In this document: positions 20,930 through 31,041 of the stretch, piece by piece
How positions within the stretch are numbered: position 1 is the first letter of the stretch
Layout: the number at the start of each line of letters is the position of its first letter
IMG/VR virus record: IMGVR_UViG_3300021962_000081
DNA: 64,000 nt
From: an uncultured virus (IMG/VR IMGVR_UViG_3300021962_000081)
Lineage: Duplodnaviria > Heunggongvirae > Uroviricota > Caudoviricetes
Strand: one strand, 5' to 3'
Position numbers and translations under genes: made by a program
The notes under the pieces: model-generated
Database searches by the model: none
What the model was told of the DNA's origin: nothing
The model's input: the letters and a program-made list of their open reading frames with translations, nothing else

Positions 20930-21348
20930 TGGAAGTCTCTTTAGTCCCTAAAGAATACATTGATCGTGTATGGCCTGATATAGATGCATATGCAGCAAGG
21001 TGCGCTAAGTATACTTATGGTCGTTATACTGCTGATGATATGCGTCAAGGCGTTATTAACAATCCAGCACAGCAATTATGGATTGCGTTTGATGAAAGAG
21101 GTATTGTAGGTTTTTGGATTACAGAGATCTATGACTATCCTCAAAAAAGAGTTTTGATGTTGCACTTTGTAGGTGGTAAAGATTTTCATAGTTGGAGAGT
21201 CGTAGGCTTTCCTATACTGTTGAGATTCTGCAAGGATCATGGTTGTGAAGTTATGGAGTCCTACGGTAGACCAGGTTGGAAGAAGTTCTGGGAAGCTGAA
21301 GGATATAAAGCAAGGTTTGTTTTTTATGAATTACCAGTGGATAATTAA
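20929..21348 (+). CDS. GNAT-like acetyltransferase-fold protein of the internal virion operon
   Basis: LWIA....GF.ITEI..YP.K......GG...GC...E..GR.GW pattern. Confidence 0.55.
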   Translation: MEVSLVPKEYIDRVWPDIDAYAARCAKYTYGRYTADDMRQGVINNPAQQLWIAFDERGIVGFWITEIYDYPQKRVLMLHFVGGKDFHSWRVVGFPILLRFCKDHGCEVMESYGRPGWKKFWEAEGYKARFVFYELPVDN

Positions 21349-21350
21349 TT

Positions 21351-23903
21351 ATGTTTAACAATAAATTTAGAATCGGTGTATTACAACATCCTGGATATAA
21401 CAAAGGTAAAGGCGGAGGAGGCGGTGGATCACCTGCACCTACCTCAACAACTTCCTATTCTACTAACGTTCCAGAATACGCAAGACCATATGTTGAGAAT
21501 ATGCTTAATGCTACTCAAGCACAAATCTACGATTCTAGTATGGGTGGATTTAATAAGTATGTTCCATATTCTACTGATCCTACAAAGTATGTAGCTGGTT
21601 TTTCTCCATTACAAAGTTATGCACAATCTGGTGCAGCAGGCCTAACACTTCCATCTAATTATGGTATAGCTACAGGACAGACTTTAGGTACTGGTGCTCA
21701 ATTAGGAACTCTTGCTCCACAAATGGGTATGGCTGGTGCTAACTATGGTGCTATGGCTACAAGTCCATACGCTATAAATGCATACATGAATCCATACCTA
21801 AGATCTTCTTTAGCTCCACAATTAGAAGAAGCTCGTAGACAATATGATATTACTGGCGCACAACAGCAATCCGCAGCAACTCGTGCTGGTGGTTTTGGTG
21901 GATCTCGTGAAGCTTTAATGGCTGCTGAGAACAGACGTAACATGGCTCAGCAAATGAACCAAATGATTGGTCAAGGTTATAACCAAGCATTTAATCAAGC
22001 ACAACAAGCTCAACAATTTGGTGCTAACTTAGGCCTTCAAGGTCAACAAGCTCAAGCGGGTGCGTTGGCACAGCAACTTGCTGCTGCTAATCAATTGGCA
22101 GGGCTTGGTGGTCAACAGTTACAAGCTCAACAAGGTATATACAATCTTCAAAATCAATTTGGTCAACAACAACAGCAACAACAACAAAACATTATCAACC
22201 AAGCGATTCAAAACTACGCAACAGAACAACAATATCCATTCATGCAATTGGGTATTCTCAACTCTATGCTTCGTGGTTTACCAATGCAACAATCTTCTAC
22301 ACAAATGTATCAAGCACCTCCAAATCCTATTTCACAATTGGCAGGTCTTGGCACAGCAGGTCTTGGCGCATTAGGTATGTATAACGCAGCCACGGGATCT
22401 AAACGTGGTGGCTTACAAGAAGTGAAAAAGATGGCAGCAGGTGGTAACGCTATCCCAATGAAGAGCTATACTGATGATCAATTACAAAATGTAATCAAAA
22501 GTCCAGCATCATCATTGATGGCTGATATGTATGCTCAATCATTATTAAATAACCGTGCTTATTTAAAAGCTAATCCTATGGCAGCGAATGTCATGAATCA
22601 ACCATTACCTACTTCACCTATGCCAGCTCCATATCAAATGGCTATGGCACCACAAACTCGTGTAGGTTTAGATGCTATTGGTACGGGTGATACAGTACAA
22701 ATGGCTGGTGGTGGTATCTTAGCTTTTGCTGAAGAAGGCGAAGTTCCAGAACCAACATCTAGTAAGTTTGGTGATCTTATGAGATCAATTTACAAAAAAA
22801 CCATTACACCAGCTAACACATCTTCACCTGAATTAGACATTGATGCAAAAATTAATGAGCTTGCACAGGAAAGAGCTAAGTATGGTATTAATCCATTTAA
22901 GGCTGTAAAAGAATCTGAAAGATTAGAGAAGAAATCTAAACAACAAGAATATACAGACAAGATAGATTCATTATTAGAAATGAAAAGAAATTTAGGTGGC
23001 TCTTCAAGAACGCCTTCAAATATTCCTGGCTCTAATGTATTAGGAAGCGTACAATCACAAGGCACAGATGTACCTTTATCTTATGATTATAACAACCCAA
23101 CTGAAGCGCTTATTGGTAACAGACCTATTCCATCTATTATTTCTAAAGCAAAAGATGAAGATCCATTAGCAAAAGCTGAAAAAGAAACTGTTAAGACTAA
23201 CAAAAAAGGCGCTCCATCTGTATCTACTAAAGAAGAACCAGATGAATTAACATCAATGATTAGAGAGCTATATAAAACAGCTACAGTTAAAGATGCTACA
23301 AAAGATGAAATTAATCAAATCAAAGCAGATATGGCAGCACGTAAAAAAGCTATGGGTGCAGAAGCGCTTACTCGTTTTGGTTTAGGTATGATGGCTGGAT
23401 CATCTCCATACGCACTTACTAATGTTGGTAAAGCTGGTTCAGAAGCTCTTGATTACATGAGCAAGCAAATGGGCCTCAATCAAGCTGATACTAAACTATT
23501 ATTAGAACAAGCCGTTGAAGCACAAAAAGCAGATGAAGCTCGTAGACTTGGGCTAGCTGGCGTATTACAAACAGCTAAGACAGCAAAAGAAAATAAAGAG
23601 CTACAAATGCTTGGTATAAACGCTCAATTAGCTCAAACAGCGCAAGCAAAAGATGATGCTAATAAACTTGCATATACTAAGTTATACGGAGATCTTAAGA
23701 AAGATTACGCTACACAACTTTACAGAGCTAATAAAGATCGTGCTCAAGAATTAACTGACGATCAAATTGATGTTCTTGCAGATAAAATGGCTAGACAAAC
23801 ATTAGCAAGTAGCCCTGATGCTGCAAAATATTTAGGATTAACATCAGCAATACCAAAAGCAACAAAAACAATCCCCTTTGGTCAATTACCAACAGGTAAA
23901 TAA
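21351..23903 (+). CDS. Internal virion / DNA ejection protein
   Basis: PEYARPY, YMNPY, GGFGGSR..L..AE, Q/A/G-rich helical stretches. Confidence 0.65.
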   Translation: MFNNKFRIGVLQHPGYNKGKGGGGGGSPAPTSTTSYSTNVPEYARPYVENMLNATQAQIYDSSMGGFNKYVPYSTDPTKYVAGFSPLQSYAQSGAAGLTLPSNYGIATGQTLGTGAQLGTLAPQMGMAGANYGAMATSPYAINAYMNPYLRSSLAPQLEEARRQYDITGAQQQSAATRAGGFGGSREALMAAENRRNMAQQMNQMIGQGYNQAFNQAQQAQQFGANLGLQGQQAQAGALAQQLAAANQLAGLGGQQLQAQQGIYNLQNQFGQQQQQQQQNIINQAIQNYATEQQYPFMQLGILNSMLRGLPMQQSSTQMYQAPPNPISQLAGLGTAGLGALGMYNAATGSKRGGLQEVKKMAAGGNAIPMKSYTDDQLQNVIKSPASSLMADMYAQSLLNNRAYLKANPMAANVMNQPLPTSPMPAPYQMAMAPQTRVGLDAIGTGDTVQMAGGGILAFAEEGEVPEPTSSKFGDLMRSIYKKTITPANTSSPELDIDAKINELAQERAKYGINPFKAVKESERLEKKSKQQEYTDKIDSLLEMKRNLGGSSRTPSNIPGSNVLGSVQSQGTDVPLSYDYNNPTEALIGNRPIPSIISKAKDEDPLAKAEKETVKTNKKGAPSVSTKEEPDELTSMIRELYKTATVKDATKDEINQIKADMAARKKAMGAEALTRFGLGMMAGSSPYALTNVGKAGSEALDYMSKQMGLNQADTKLLLEQAVEAQKADEARRLGLAGVLQTAKTAKENKELQMLGINAQLAQTAQAKDDANKLAYTKLYGDLKKDYATQLYRANKDRAQELTDDQIDVLADKMARQTLASSPDAAKYLGLTSAIPKATKTIPFGQLPTGK

Positions 23904-23905
23904 AT

Positions 23906-26900
23906 ATGCCTATAGATGTACAAATGCCAGATGGCACCGTTATAACGGGCGTGCCTGATGGGATTACACAAGCTGATCTACTAGCCCGTTATACCTCTTA
24001 CCAAAAGGTACCAGAGGTTAGCCCTGACACGGGCTTTACAGGCGGATTCAAGTCAGCTGCAGCTAGACTAAAAGGTGAAGCTGCTCTTACTGCAGGTAAG
24101 CTTGGCATTATGGATAAAGCTAAGGCAGAGCAGTATTTAAAAGAAAAAGAAGAAGAAGCGCAACGTTCATTTAAACCCACAGAAAAAACCTGGGCTGAAG
24201 CTCCCCTAGAAAAACTTAAAGAAACTGCAGGACAGTCTGCTGCCTATATGGCTGCACCATTAGCTGTTGCTGGCGGTGTTGCATTACTTCCAGAAGCGCT
24301 TGTTGGCGCTGGAGCATTAGGATTAACTACAGCTGGTTTAACAGGTGCTGGAGTGTCTTATGGTCAGTTCGTAGGTAGCAACTTAGGCCGTCAAGTTGAT
24401 GAAGGCAAATCATTAGAAGAAGCAAGCTTACTTAAAGCTGGTGCAGCAGCAGTACCTCAAACAGCATTAGATGTTGTGGGATTTAAGTTTATTCCTGGAA
24501 TACGTAATATATTTGCAAAAGCTGGAGTAGATGTATCTAAAGACGTTGCTGAAGATGTTGTTAAGAAAAGCCTATTAAAAACAGCTGGAGAGTATACACT
24601 TAAAACTGGTAAGGTCATGGGTGTTGAAGGTTTAACAGAATCTGGCCAACAAATATTTGAAAGATTACAAGCTGGATTAAGCTTAACTGATCCAGAAGCT
24701 AGAAGAGAATACTTTGAAAACTTTATCGGTGGTGCAGTATTAGGTGGCGCTTTATCTATTCCAGGTCAGGCATATGAAAAAGCTAAAACAAAATATGAAG
24801 ACAAGCAGATTGATAAGGTGCTAGATGTATTAAATCCAAAACCAGATACAACAGAAGCACCTACACCAACAACTCCAACCCCAGCTCCAGAGCCTACCAA
24901 TGTCATGCCAGCTGATCAAGTCATCACGCTTGCACAAAAGAGACTTAATGAATTAGAAACAAAAATGAGTGGAACACCTGACCAGGAAATTATTGGTCCA
25001 GATGGCGAGCCTATGGTTATGAGAGGTCAATCAGCTCAAGTGATTAATGATCAAGAAAGAGCTGAATACGACTTCTTAAAACAAAACATCAACAATGCAC
25101 CTGCTATTGCTAACAATTATGGCATTTCAATTGGAGAGCCAAAGGTTGAAGCTCAAGTAGCAGCTACACCAGAAACAATATTTACGCCAGAGACATCACC
25201 TAAAACAATATCCAAGGTTCAAGATACATCTCAAGATACACAAGCTATGCTTGATGAGTTAGCTGGTAAAGAAATAGAACTTACCGCAGATCAGTTTGCA
25301 GATGAAACTCAAAAGCCAACAAAGATTGCAGAAGAACCTTCAGGTCCTATTACAGAAGAAGACAAAGAGTTTACTCCAGTAGGTGGCAGACTTATTAATA
25401 AAGCAGATGCTGACCGATTAGCTCGTGAATCAGCTATTGCATTACAACAAAACTTAGCTACTCAAGAAGAAGAAAAACAAAAACAACTCAAACAAGAAGC
25501 TCGTGAAGAAAAATTTAGAGAGCCTCCTACACAAACATTATCTGCAAGGCTAGTTCAAGAGGGTGGTATCAGCCGTGCTCAAAAAAGAGATATGCTTGGC
25601 GAGACAGGTAAGATTGAAGGTTACGATCATGTCTTTAGAGAAAAAGGTGGTGACTTATTAACACTTGTTAAAGATGGCAAGCTTGATGATTACTTACCGC
25701 CAGATATTAGAACTACTGCAACAACACCAGATGGACTTTTTGATGCACGTCCAGGATATAACTATATCTCTGACCTAATCAAGACTGGTGAAAAAATCCA
25801 TACATATGATTATGAAATGGCTAAGCTTCAACATGAAAACATGGTCTATGAAAAGAACTTAGCTAAACAACAGATGACACCTAATGAAGCAGCAAGAGCA
25901 GCAGCTGCTGAAATCCAAGACAAAATATTTATGTCTGAAGGTAAGATTGAGGGATCTACTAATCCAGTAGAAGCTGATGCTATTGTTAGAAAAGTATTAG
26001 GTAAAGAAGGTCAAAAGCTTCTTGATAATAATAAACTCAAACTTATTGCAACAGCTAATGATTTAGATGCAAGATTACTTGCTCAAATATCTCCTAATAC
26101 ACGTGCCTTTTATGATCCAGTCACAGATACATCATACATCATTACAGATCGTGTAAAACCTGGCGAACTTAGACCTATGATACTTCATGAGGTTGGTGTT
26201 CACTATGGCATGAAAAAAATGCTTGGAGATAAAGCTTATAAGAACTTACTAGCTAACATACTTAAGTTAAGACGTACAGACAAAGCAGTACAAGATGCAT
26301 TTAACACAGTATCTCAAACTGAATCCTATGCAAAACTATTAGAGAATGAAAGTACTATTCCTGAATTTCTAGAAGAAGTATTAGCTCACTTAGGTGAAAC
26401 TGCTCCTACACATAATTTATGGAAGCGTATTGTTCAGGCAGTTAAAACATTCTTAATTAAGAATAACATCATTAAGAAACTTTCTTTATCTGAAGTGCAA
26501 GATTTAGTCACTGCATCTTTAAGAACCGCAGCCAATACAAAGATTGACCCAAAACAAATACAAGTATCAGATAAGATCTTAGCTTCTAAAATTGTAGAAA
26601 AAGTTAAGAAGATAGCTGGTTGGACAGATGATCGACTAGATAAACTAATGGACAACGGCACTTATTCGCAAAATGAAAAATTTGCTAGGAAGTATGCTGT
26701 CATGATGACTCCTGATGAATTTTTAGGTTTAACCACCAATAAAGATATGATGGGAACCTTAGAAAAAGAAGCGGACGAAATGGGCCCTCTTGATATTAAC
26801 ACTATGCGTGAATATGATCTTCCTATGTTCTTAGATATAAAAGGTCCTCGCACCATAGATATGGAAGATAAATGGGGTTCTAAAGTTGATGAGTCTGATG

Positions 26901-29900
26901 TTGGTTTAGAAGTAAGAGGACATGAAGGTAGACATAGAGCTATTCTTATGAAACGAGCTGGTGTAGAAAGATTTCCAGTTGTGTTAAATCCTGAAGGTGG
27001 CGGCCAAGTAGAAAGAGAAACTATAAGAGTATTAAAACTTTTCCCTCAGTATGCAGAAGGCCGTGCTTCTGTTGTAAGAAATATTATTCCTATTAATAGA
27101 ACAAACGAAGCAGAATTAAAAGGAATGTTAAGTGAATCTAATATTAAGTATTCACAACGACCACCATTAAACATTATGGGTCAAGAAGTATTACCTCAAT
27201 GGCATGGACCACAAGAATCTAAAATAGATGAATGGTTATATAGGCTTCAAAACAAACAGATCGATACTAAGCGTGTTCAAGAAGCTATTGGTAATATTGA
27301 AGAGGCATGGAATGTATATGAAAAAGAACAACTATATCATGGTCGAACTGCAGCAGGTATTCGTAACTTCCTACTAAAAGAACTTCTACCAATTATAAAA
27401 GAGATTGAGCGATTAAAGATTAGTCCTCAAGAAGTACGTACTTACTTGCATAATCGTCATGCAGAAGAACGCAATATTCAAATGAATAAGATTAATCCTG
27501 GAACTTACAATCCAGAGACTGGAAGAACTGATCCAAATAAGCTTCTTGATATAGGTTCTGGTATATCTACTGCTGATGCAAGAGCTTATCTAGCAGGCTT
27601 AGATCCAGCTAAAAAGAAAACACTAGAAGATGTTGCTGAAAAATTTGATCAGATGATCAAAGGCACACAACAAATTTTAGTTAATTCTGGTGCTGAGTCT
27701 GCAGAGACTATAGCAAAGTGGAATAAGACTTATAAGCACTACGTTCCATTATTCAGGGTTGAAGATGAAATGGCTAGACCTTCTGGTTTAGGTGGCACAG
27801 GCCAAGGATTTGCTGTAAGCGGTCCATCAAGTAAACGTGCTATGGGTTCAGAAAAGGAAGTTCAAGATATTTTAAGTAACATCATAGCCCAGCGTGAGCG
27901 TGCTTTAATTCGTGCTGAAAAGATTAGAGTAGGTCGTGCTTTATATGGCCTAGCTTTACAGAATCCTAATCCTAAATTCTGGATGGTAATTAATCCTGAT
28001 GCAATTAAAAGTAAGAGACAAGCTATTGCCGAGTTAACACGCATGGGTATACCTGATGCTGCGCAAGTGGTTGAGAATCTTATGGCCGAACCTAAAGAAC
28101 GTTATCTTAAAAAGGTAAGGGCTGCCGAAGAAGGTTTTGAGCTTGATGAAGACTTTGACTTTGATTCTGGGTTACCAGTTAACCAAAGCAAAGAAGTTGT
28201 GGCATCTAAAGTAAACGTAATGTCACGGTATAAAGACTTTGTATTCCCAGTACGCATTAATGGTAAGGATAGATATATATTCTTTAATAAGAATGACCCA
28301 AGAGCCTTGCGTATGGTTCAATCATTAAAGAATTTAGATGTAGAGAATTTAGGTTTTATTGAAAGTATTGCTGGTAAATTTACCCGTTGGTTTAAGAACG
28401 TTAATACACAATACAATCCAGTCTTTGGCCTAGTCAACTTCGTTCGTGATACTGGTGGCGCATTACTTAACTTAACCAATACAGAGATTGCAGGAGATCA
28501 GGCTAAAGTAATTGCAGGTGCTTTCAAGGCTATGGGCGGGATCTTAAATGTACACAGAGCTGAACGTAAAGGTGCTCCAGCACCTACTGGACCATGGGCT
28601 CAACTATATCAAGAAGCTCGTGCTCAAGGTTTCCAAACAGGTTATCGTGATTCATTGATTCGTAATCAAGAAGAAATGCAAATCATTGAACATACGTTAG
28701 AACAGTTTAAAGATAGCAATACTAAGAAAGCATTCTATTCAGTCATTGGTGGTCTAACAGACTTCAACGACATGATGGAAAATGCAATTCGTTTATCTGC
28801 ATATAAGGCTGCTATTGATAGAGGCTTTTCAAAACAAAAGGCAGCGATTATTGCTAAGAACTTAACAGTTAATTTTGACAAGAAGGGTGCTTGGACAGCT
28901 CAAGTAAACGCACTCTACGCATTCTTTAATGCTTCCGTACAAGGTACTGAACGTATCTATAGAACGATCATGGGCCCTAAAGGCAAGATGATTATTGGCG
29001 GTGGTATCTTAGCTGGTATGGTTCAAGCTATGATGATGGCCGCTGCAGGATACGATGAAGATGATCCACCAGAGTTTGTTCGTGAAAAGAACTTTATTAT
29101 TCCATTACCTGATGGTACATACATTACAGTGCCATATCCATTAGGCTTTAACATATTACCTAACTCAGGCCGTATTGTAATGGACTTTATGTTACATGGT
29201 GGACGTGATCCAGCTAAGCACGCAGTATCTTTATTGTCGTCCGCTATGAATTCATTTAACCCATTAGGTAGCACAGGTTTCTCTATGCAAACAATCATGC
29301 CTACAGTGCTTGATCCTATCGCAGCATTAGCTGAGAACAGAGATGCGTTTGGTAGACCTATTGCTCGCAAAGATCGTGCCACTGCACCTACGCCAGGTTA
29401 TACAAGATCAAGAGATACTTCTACTGAAATCAGTAAAGGACTATCATATTTCCTTAACCTAGCTTCAGGTGGATCTAAATACCAAAAAGGTTATATCAGT
29501 CCTACTGCAGATGAAATTGATTTCCTTGCAGGTCAAGTAGGTGGTGGTTTATATCGTGAGGTGACTAAAGCTGGTAAAGCTGTTAGCTCTGTATTTACAG
29601 GTGAAGAAGTGCCTTCATACCAAAGACCAGTTGTAGGTCGTTTTGTAGGTGAAACAGGATCACAAGCTGCGATAGCTCAAACATTCTATCAAAACATTAC
29701 TCGCATGACTGACCACGAGAATGAAGTTAAAGGCCGTAAAAAGAACCAAGAGAATGTAGAATCTTATTTAAAAGAATATCCAGAAGCTAGATTGTGGAGA
29801 AGAGCTAATACTATTGAAAATGAGATCAATGAGCTTAATAAGAAGAAACGTTTATTTATAGAAAAAGGATTCCCTAAAGAACGTATTCAAGCTATTGATG

Positions 29901-29962
29901 CTAAGAAGGCATTAAAAATGCAAAAGTTTAATGAACAGGTTAAGGCTGCACGTCCCGAATAA
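23906..29962 (+). CDS. Large polyvalent protein (zincin-like HExxH domain, ParB-like motif, C-terminal LPD38-like region)
   Basis: ILHEVGVHYG...EEVLAH; HEGRHRA; YVPL.R; NLTVNF.KKG, LYAFFNASVQG, ENRDAFGRPI; 2018 aa. Confidence 0.7.
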   Translation: MPIDVQMPDGTVITGVPDGITQADLLARYTSYQKVPEVSPDTGFTGGFKSAAARLKGEAALTAGKLGIMDKAKAEQYLKEKEEEAQRSFKPTEKTWAEAPLEKLKETAGQSAAYMAAPLAVAGGVALLPEALVGAGALGLTTAGLTGAGVSYGQFVGSNLGRQVDEGKSLEEASLLKAGAAAVPQTALDVVGFKFIPGIRNIFAKAGVDVSKDVAEDVVKKSLLKTAGEYTLKTGKVMGVEGLTESGQQIFERLQAGLSLTDPEARREYFENFIGGAVLGGALSIPGQAYEKAKTKYEDKQIDKVLDVLNPKPDTTEAPTPTTPTPAPEPTNVMPADQVITLAQKRLNELETKMSGTPDQEIIGPDGEPMVMRGQSAQVINDQERAEYDFLKQNINNAPAIANNYGISIGEPKVEAQVAATPETIFTPETSPKTISKVQDTSQDTQAMLDELAGKEIELTADQFADETQKPTKIAEEPSGPITEEDKEFTPVGGRLINKADADRLARESAIALQQNLATQEEEKQKQLKQEAREEKFREPPTQTLSARLVQEGGISRAQKRDMLGETGKIEGYDHVFREKGGDLLTLVKDGKLDDYLPPDIRTTATTPDGLFDARPGYNYISDLIKTGEKIHTYDYEMAKLQHENMVYEKNLAKQQMTPNEAARAAAAEIQDKIFMSEGKIEGSTNPVEADAIVRKVLGKEGQKLLDNNKLKLIATANDLDARLLAQISPNTRAFYDPVTDTSYIITDRVKPGELRPMILHEVGVHYGMKKMLGDKAYKNLLANILKLRRTDKAVQDAFNTVSQTESYAKLLENESTIPEFLEEVLAHLGETAPTHNLWKRIVQAVKTFLIKNNIIKKLSLSEVQDLVTASLRTAANTKIDPKQIQVSDKILASKIVEKVKKIAGWTDDRLDKLMDNGTYSQNEKFARKYAVMMTPDEFLGLTTNKDMMGTLEKEADEMGPLDINTMREYDLPMFLDIKGPRTIDMEDKWGSKVDESDVGLEVRGHEGRHRAILMKRAGVERFPVVLNPEGGGQVERETIRVLKLFPQYAEGRASVVRNIIPINRTNEAELKGMLSESNIKYSQRPPLNIMGQEVLPQWHGPQESKIDEWLYRLQNKQIDTKRVQEAIGNIEEAWNVYEKEQLYHGRTAAGIRNFLLKELLPIIKEIERLKISPQEVRTYLHNRHAEERNIQMNKINPGTYNPETGRTDPNKLLDIGSGISTADARAYLAGLDPAKKKTLEDVAEKFDQMIKGTQQILVNSGAESAETIAKWNKTYKHYVPLFRVEDEMARPSGLGGTGQGFAVSGPSSKRAMGSEKEVQDILSNIIAQRERALIRAEKIRVGRALYGLALQNPNPKFWMVINPDAIKSKRQAIAELTRMGIPDAAQVVENLMAEPKERYLKKVRAAEEGFELDEDFDFDSGLPVNQSKEVVASKVNVMSRYKDFVFPVRINGKDRYIFFNKNDPRALRMVQSLKNLDVENLGFIESIAGKFTRWFKNVNTQYNPVFGLVNFVRDTGGALLNLTNTEIAGDQAKVIAGAFKAMGGILNVHRAERKGAPAPTGPWAQLYQEARAQGFQTGYRDSLIRNQEEMQIIEHTLEQFKDSNTKKAFYSVIGGLTDFNDMMENAIRLSAYKAAIDRGFSKQKAAIIAKNLTVNFDKKGAWTAQVNALYAFFNASVQGTERIYRTIMGPKGKMIIGGGILAGMVQAMMMAAAGYDEDDPPEFVREKNFIIPLPDGTYITVPYPLGFNILPNSGRIVMDFMLHGGRDPAKHAVSLLSSAMNSFNPLGSTGFSMQTIMPTVLDPIAALAENRDAFGRPIARKDRATAPTPGYTRSRDTSTEISKGLSYFLNLASGGSKYQKGYISPTADEIDFLAGQVGGGLYREVTKAGKAVSSVFTGEEVPSYQRPVVGRFVGETGSQAAIAQTFYQNITRMTDHENEVKGRKKNQENVESYLKEYPEARLWRRANTIENEINELNKKKRLFIEKGFPKERIQAIDAKKALKMQKFNEQVKAARPE

Positions 29963-30308
29963 TCTCTGATATTGTCACTTCGCAGTACCCGTCCTTAGCA
30001 ACTTCCATCCTTGTTACACACAACTTGTCTATTTGAGAATCATTCTCATATACACTAGCGTGTTCAAGGGCATCTAACAAAGGCTTTAAAATGTTGTCTA
30101 CATCCCTCTTTCTGTTGTCGGGAGGGTACAGGTATACCTCCATGTGCAATCGTTCGTTTAAGACCCCTTGGCGTGCGTTTAAAGAGCATAAAAACACGGC
30201 TTCTCTAAACTCTTTTCCCTTCTTTCCGAGAAATTTCTTAGATCCGAGTTGGCCCCAGTAATGATTTACGGTAGGAGGATAGGGTAATTTTAGTTTTATT
30301 GTTTTCAT
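29940..30308 (-). CDS. rusA: RusA-family Holliday junction resolvase
   Basis: LPYPPTVNHYW...PPD.RKRDVDN.LK.LLDAL......DSQID; likely start is the ATG at 30308 (MKTIKL). Confidence 0.9.
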   Translation of the reverse strand: MKTIKLKLPYPPTVNHYWGQLGSKKFLGKKGKEFREAVFLCSLNARQGVLNERLHMEVYLYPPDNRKRDVDNILKPLLDALEHASVYENDSQIDKLCVTRMEVAKDGYCEVTISEIIRDVQP

Positions 30309-30315
30309 ATCGTGT

Positions 30316-30345
30316 ATTATAACAGATGAATTAATATGGGTACAA
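30316..30345 (-). promoter_or_regulatory. Sigma70-like promoter for rusA, probably leaderless
   Basis: Minus strand TTGTAC-N18-TATAAT, with 7 nt between the -10 box and the ATG; no SD. Confidence 0.5.
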
Positions 30346-30349
30346 CCTA

Positions 30350-30378
30350 TTGACATATATTTTATACTATGCCACTAT
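30350..30378 (+). promoter_or_regulatory. Sigma70-like promoter of the middle operon
   Basis: TTGACA-N17-CACTAT with extended TG. Confidence 0.6.
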
Positions 30379-30408
30379 GTTGTTTCATTATATACGAGGG
30401 TATGTGTA

Positions 30409-30543
30409 ATGCAAGTTCTCACAGCAGTTATTCAAGCTATATGTCTTTTGTTAGGTTATTCTGACAAACACGATGCATTTATGAAAGATTGCCTTACTCG
30501 TCATAATCAAACCGAATGTCAACAATTATGGAGTCAACAATGA
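30409..30543 (+). CDS. Small hypothetical protein (44 aa), first gene of the middle operon
   Basis: MQVLTAVIQAICLLLGY...; CGAGGG RBS; ATGA overlap with the next gene. Confidence 0.5.
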   Translation: MQVLTAVIQAICLLLGYSDKHDAFMKDCLTRHNQTECQQLWSQQ

Positions 30544-30824
30544 AAAGATTTTTAGTATTAGCTGAAGTAGAAATGGAAGATACTCAATATCATGATCTTA
30601 ACAAGAAAGGTATTGAGCAAACAGATTTTATCAACTCAGTCTTAGCAGATCATGGTCGTGATCGTGGTTTAAAGATTAAGATGCGTTGCATTGAAACTGA
30701 ATATCATTTACTTGATGATGTATGTAAAGCAGCTGACACAATTGCAACTGACAAAGCTTTTGATGAATTAGAAGAAGCTATGTTAAAAGTGAATATGTGT
30801 GCAGGAGGTAATTGTGAAGCGTAA
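30540..30824 (+). CDS. Hypothetical protein
   Basis: ORF; start moved to the ATG at 30540 (GGAG RBS, ATGA overlap). Confidence 0.55.
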   Translation: MKRFLVLAEVEMEDTQYHDLNKKGIEQTDFINSVLADHGRDRGLKIKMRCIETEYHLLDDVCKAADTIATDKAFDELEEAMLKVNMCAGGNCEA

Positions 30825-31041
30825 TCATATAAAAGCATTTCCACGTACAAACGACTGCAACCAACTAGGCATGGATCTTCGTGATTATTTTGCAGCCCAT
30901 GCTATGAAAGAAATGTTTGATGCGGGATGGATAGACTCTGGAATGATTGAAGAGGTTGATTTAGATAACTTAGCAAAATGGTCTTATATAATGGCAGATG
31001 TAATGTTAAAGGCTAGAGATGAAAATAACCAATCAGTTTAA
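30814..31041 (+). CDS. Conserved phage protein (GM.LRDYFAA family)
   Basis: AFP....GMDLRDYFAAHAM...Y.MAD.ML.AR; GGAGG then GTG start. Confidence 0.7.
   Translation: MKRNHIKAFPRTNDCNQLGMDLRDYFAAHAMKEMFDAGWIDSGMIEEVDLDNLAKWSYIMADVMLKARDENNQSV

Noticed and set aside
23906..29962. Tape-measure protein or virion RNA polymerase
   Set aside because: No tail tube or sheath genes and no polymerase motifs; the motifs fit a polyvalent ejection protein.
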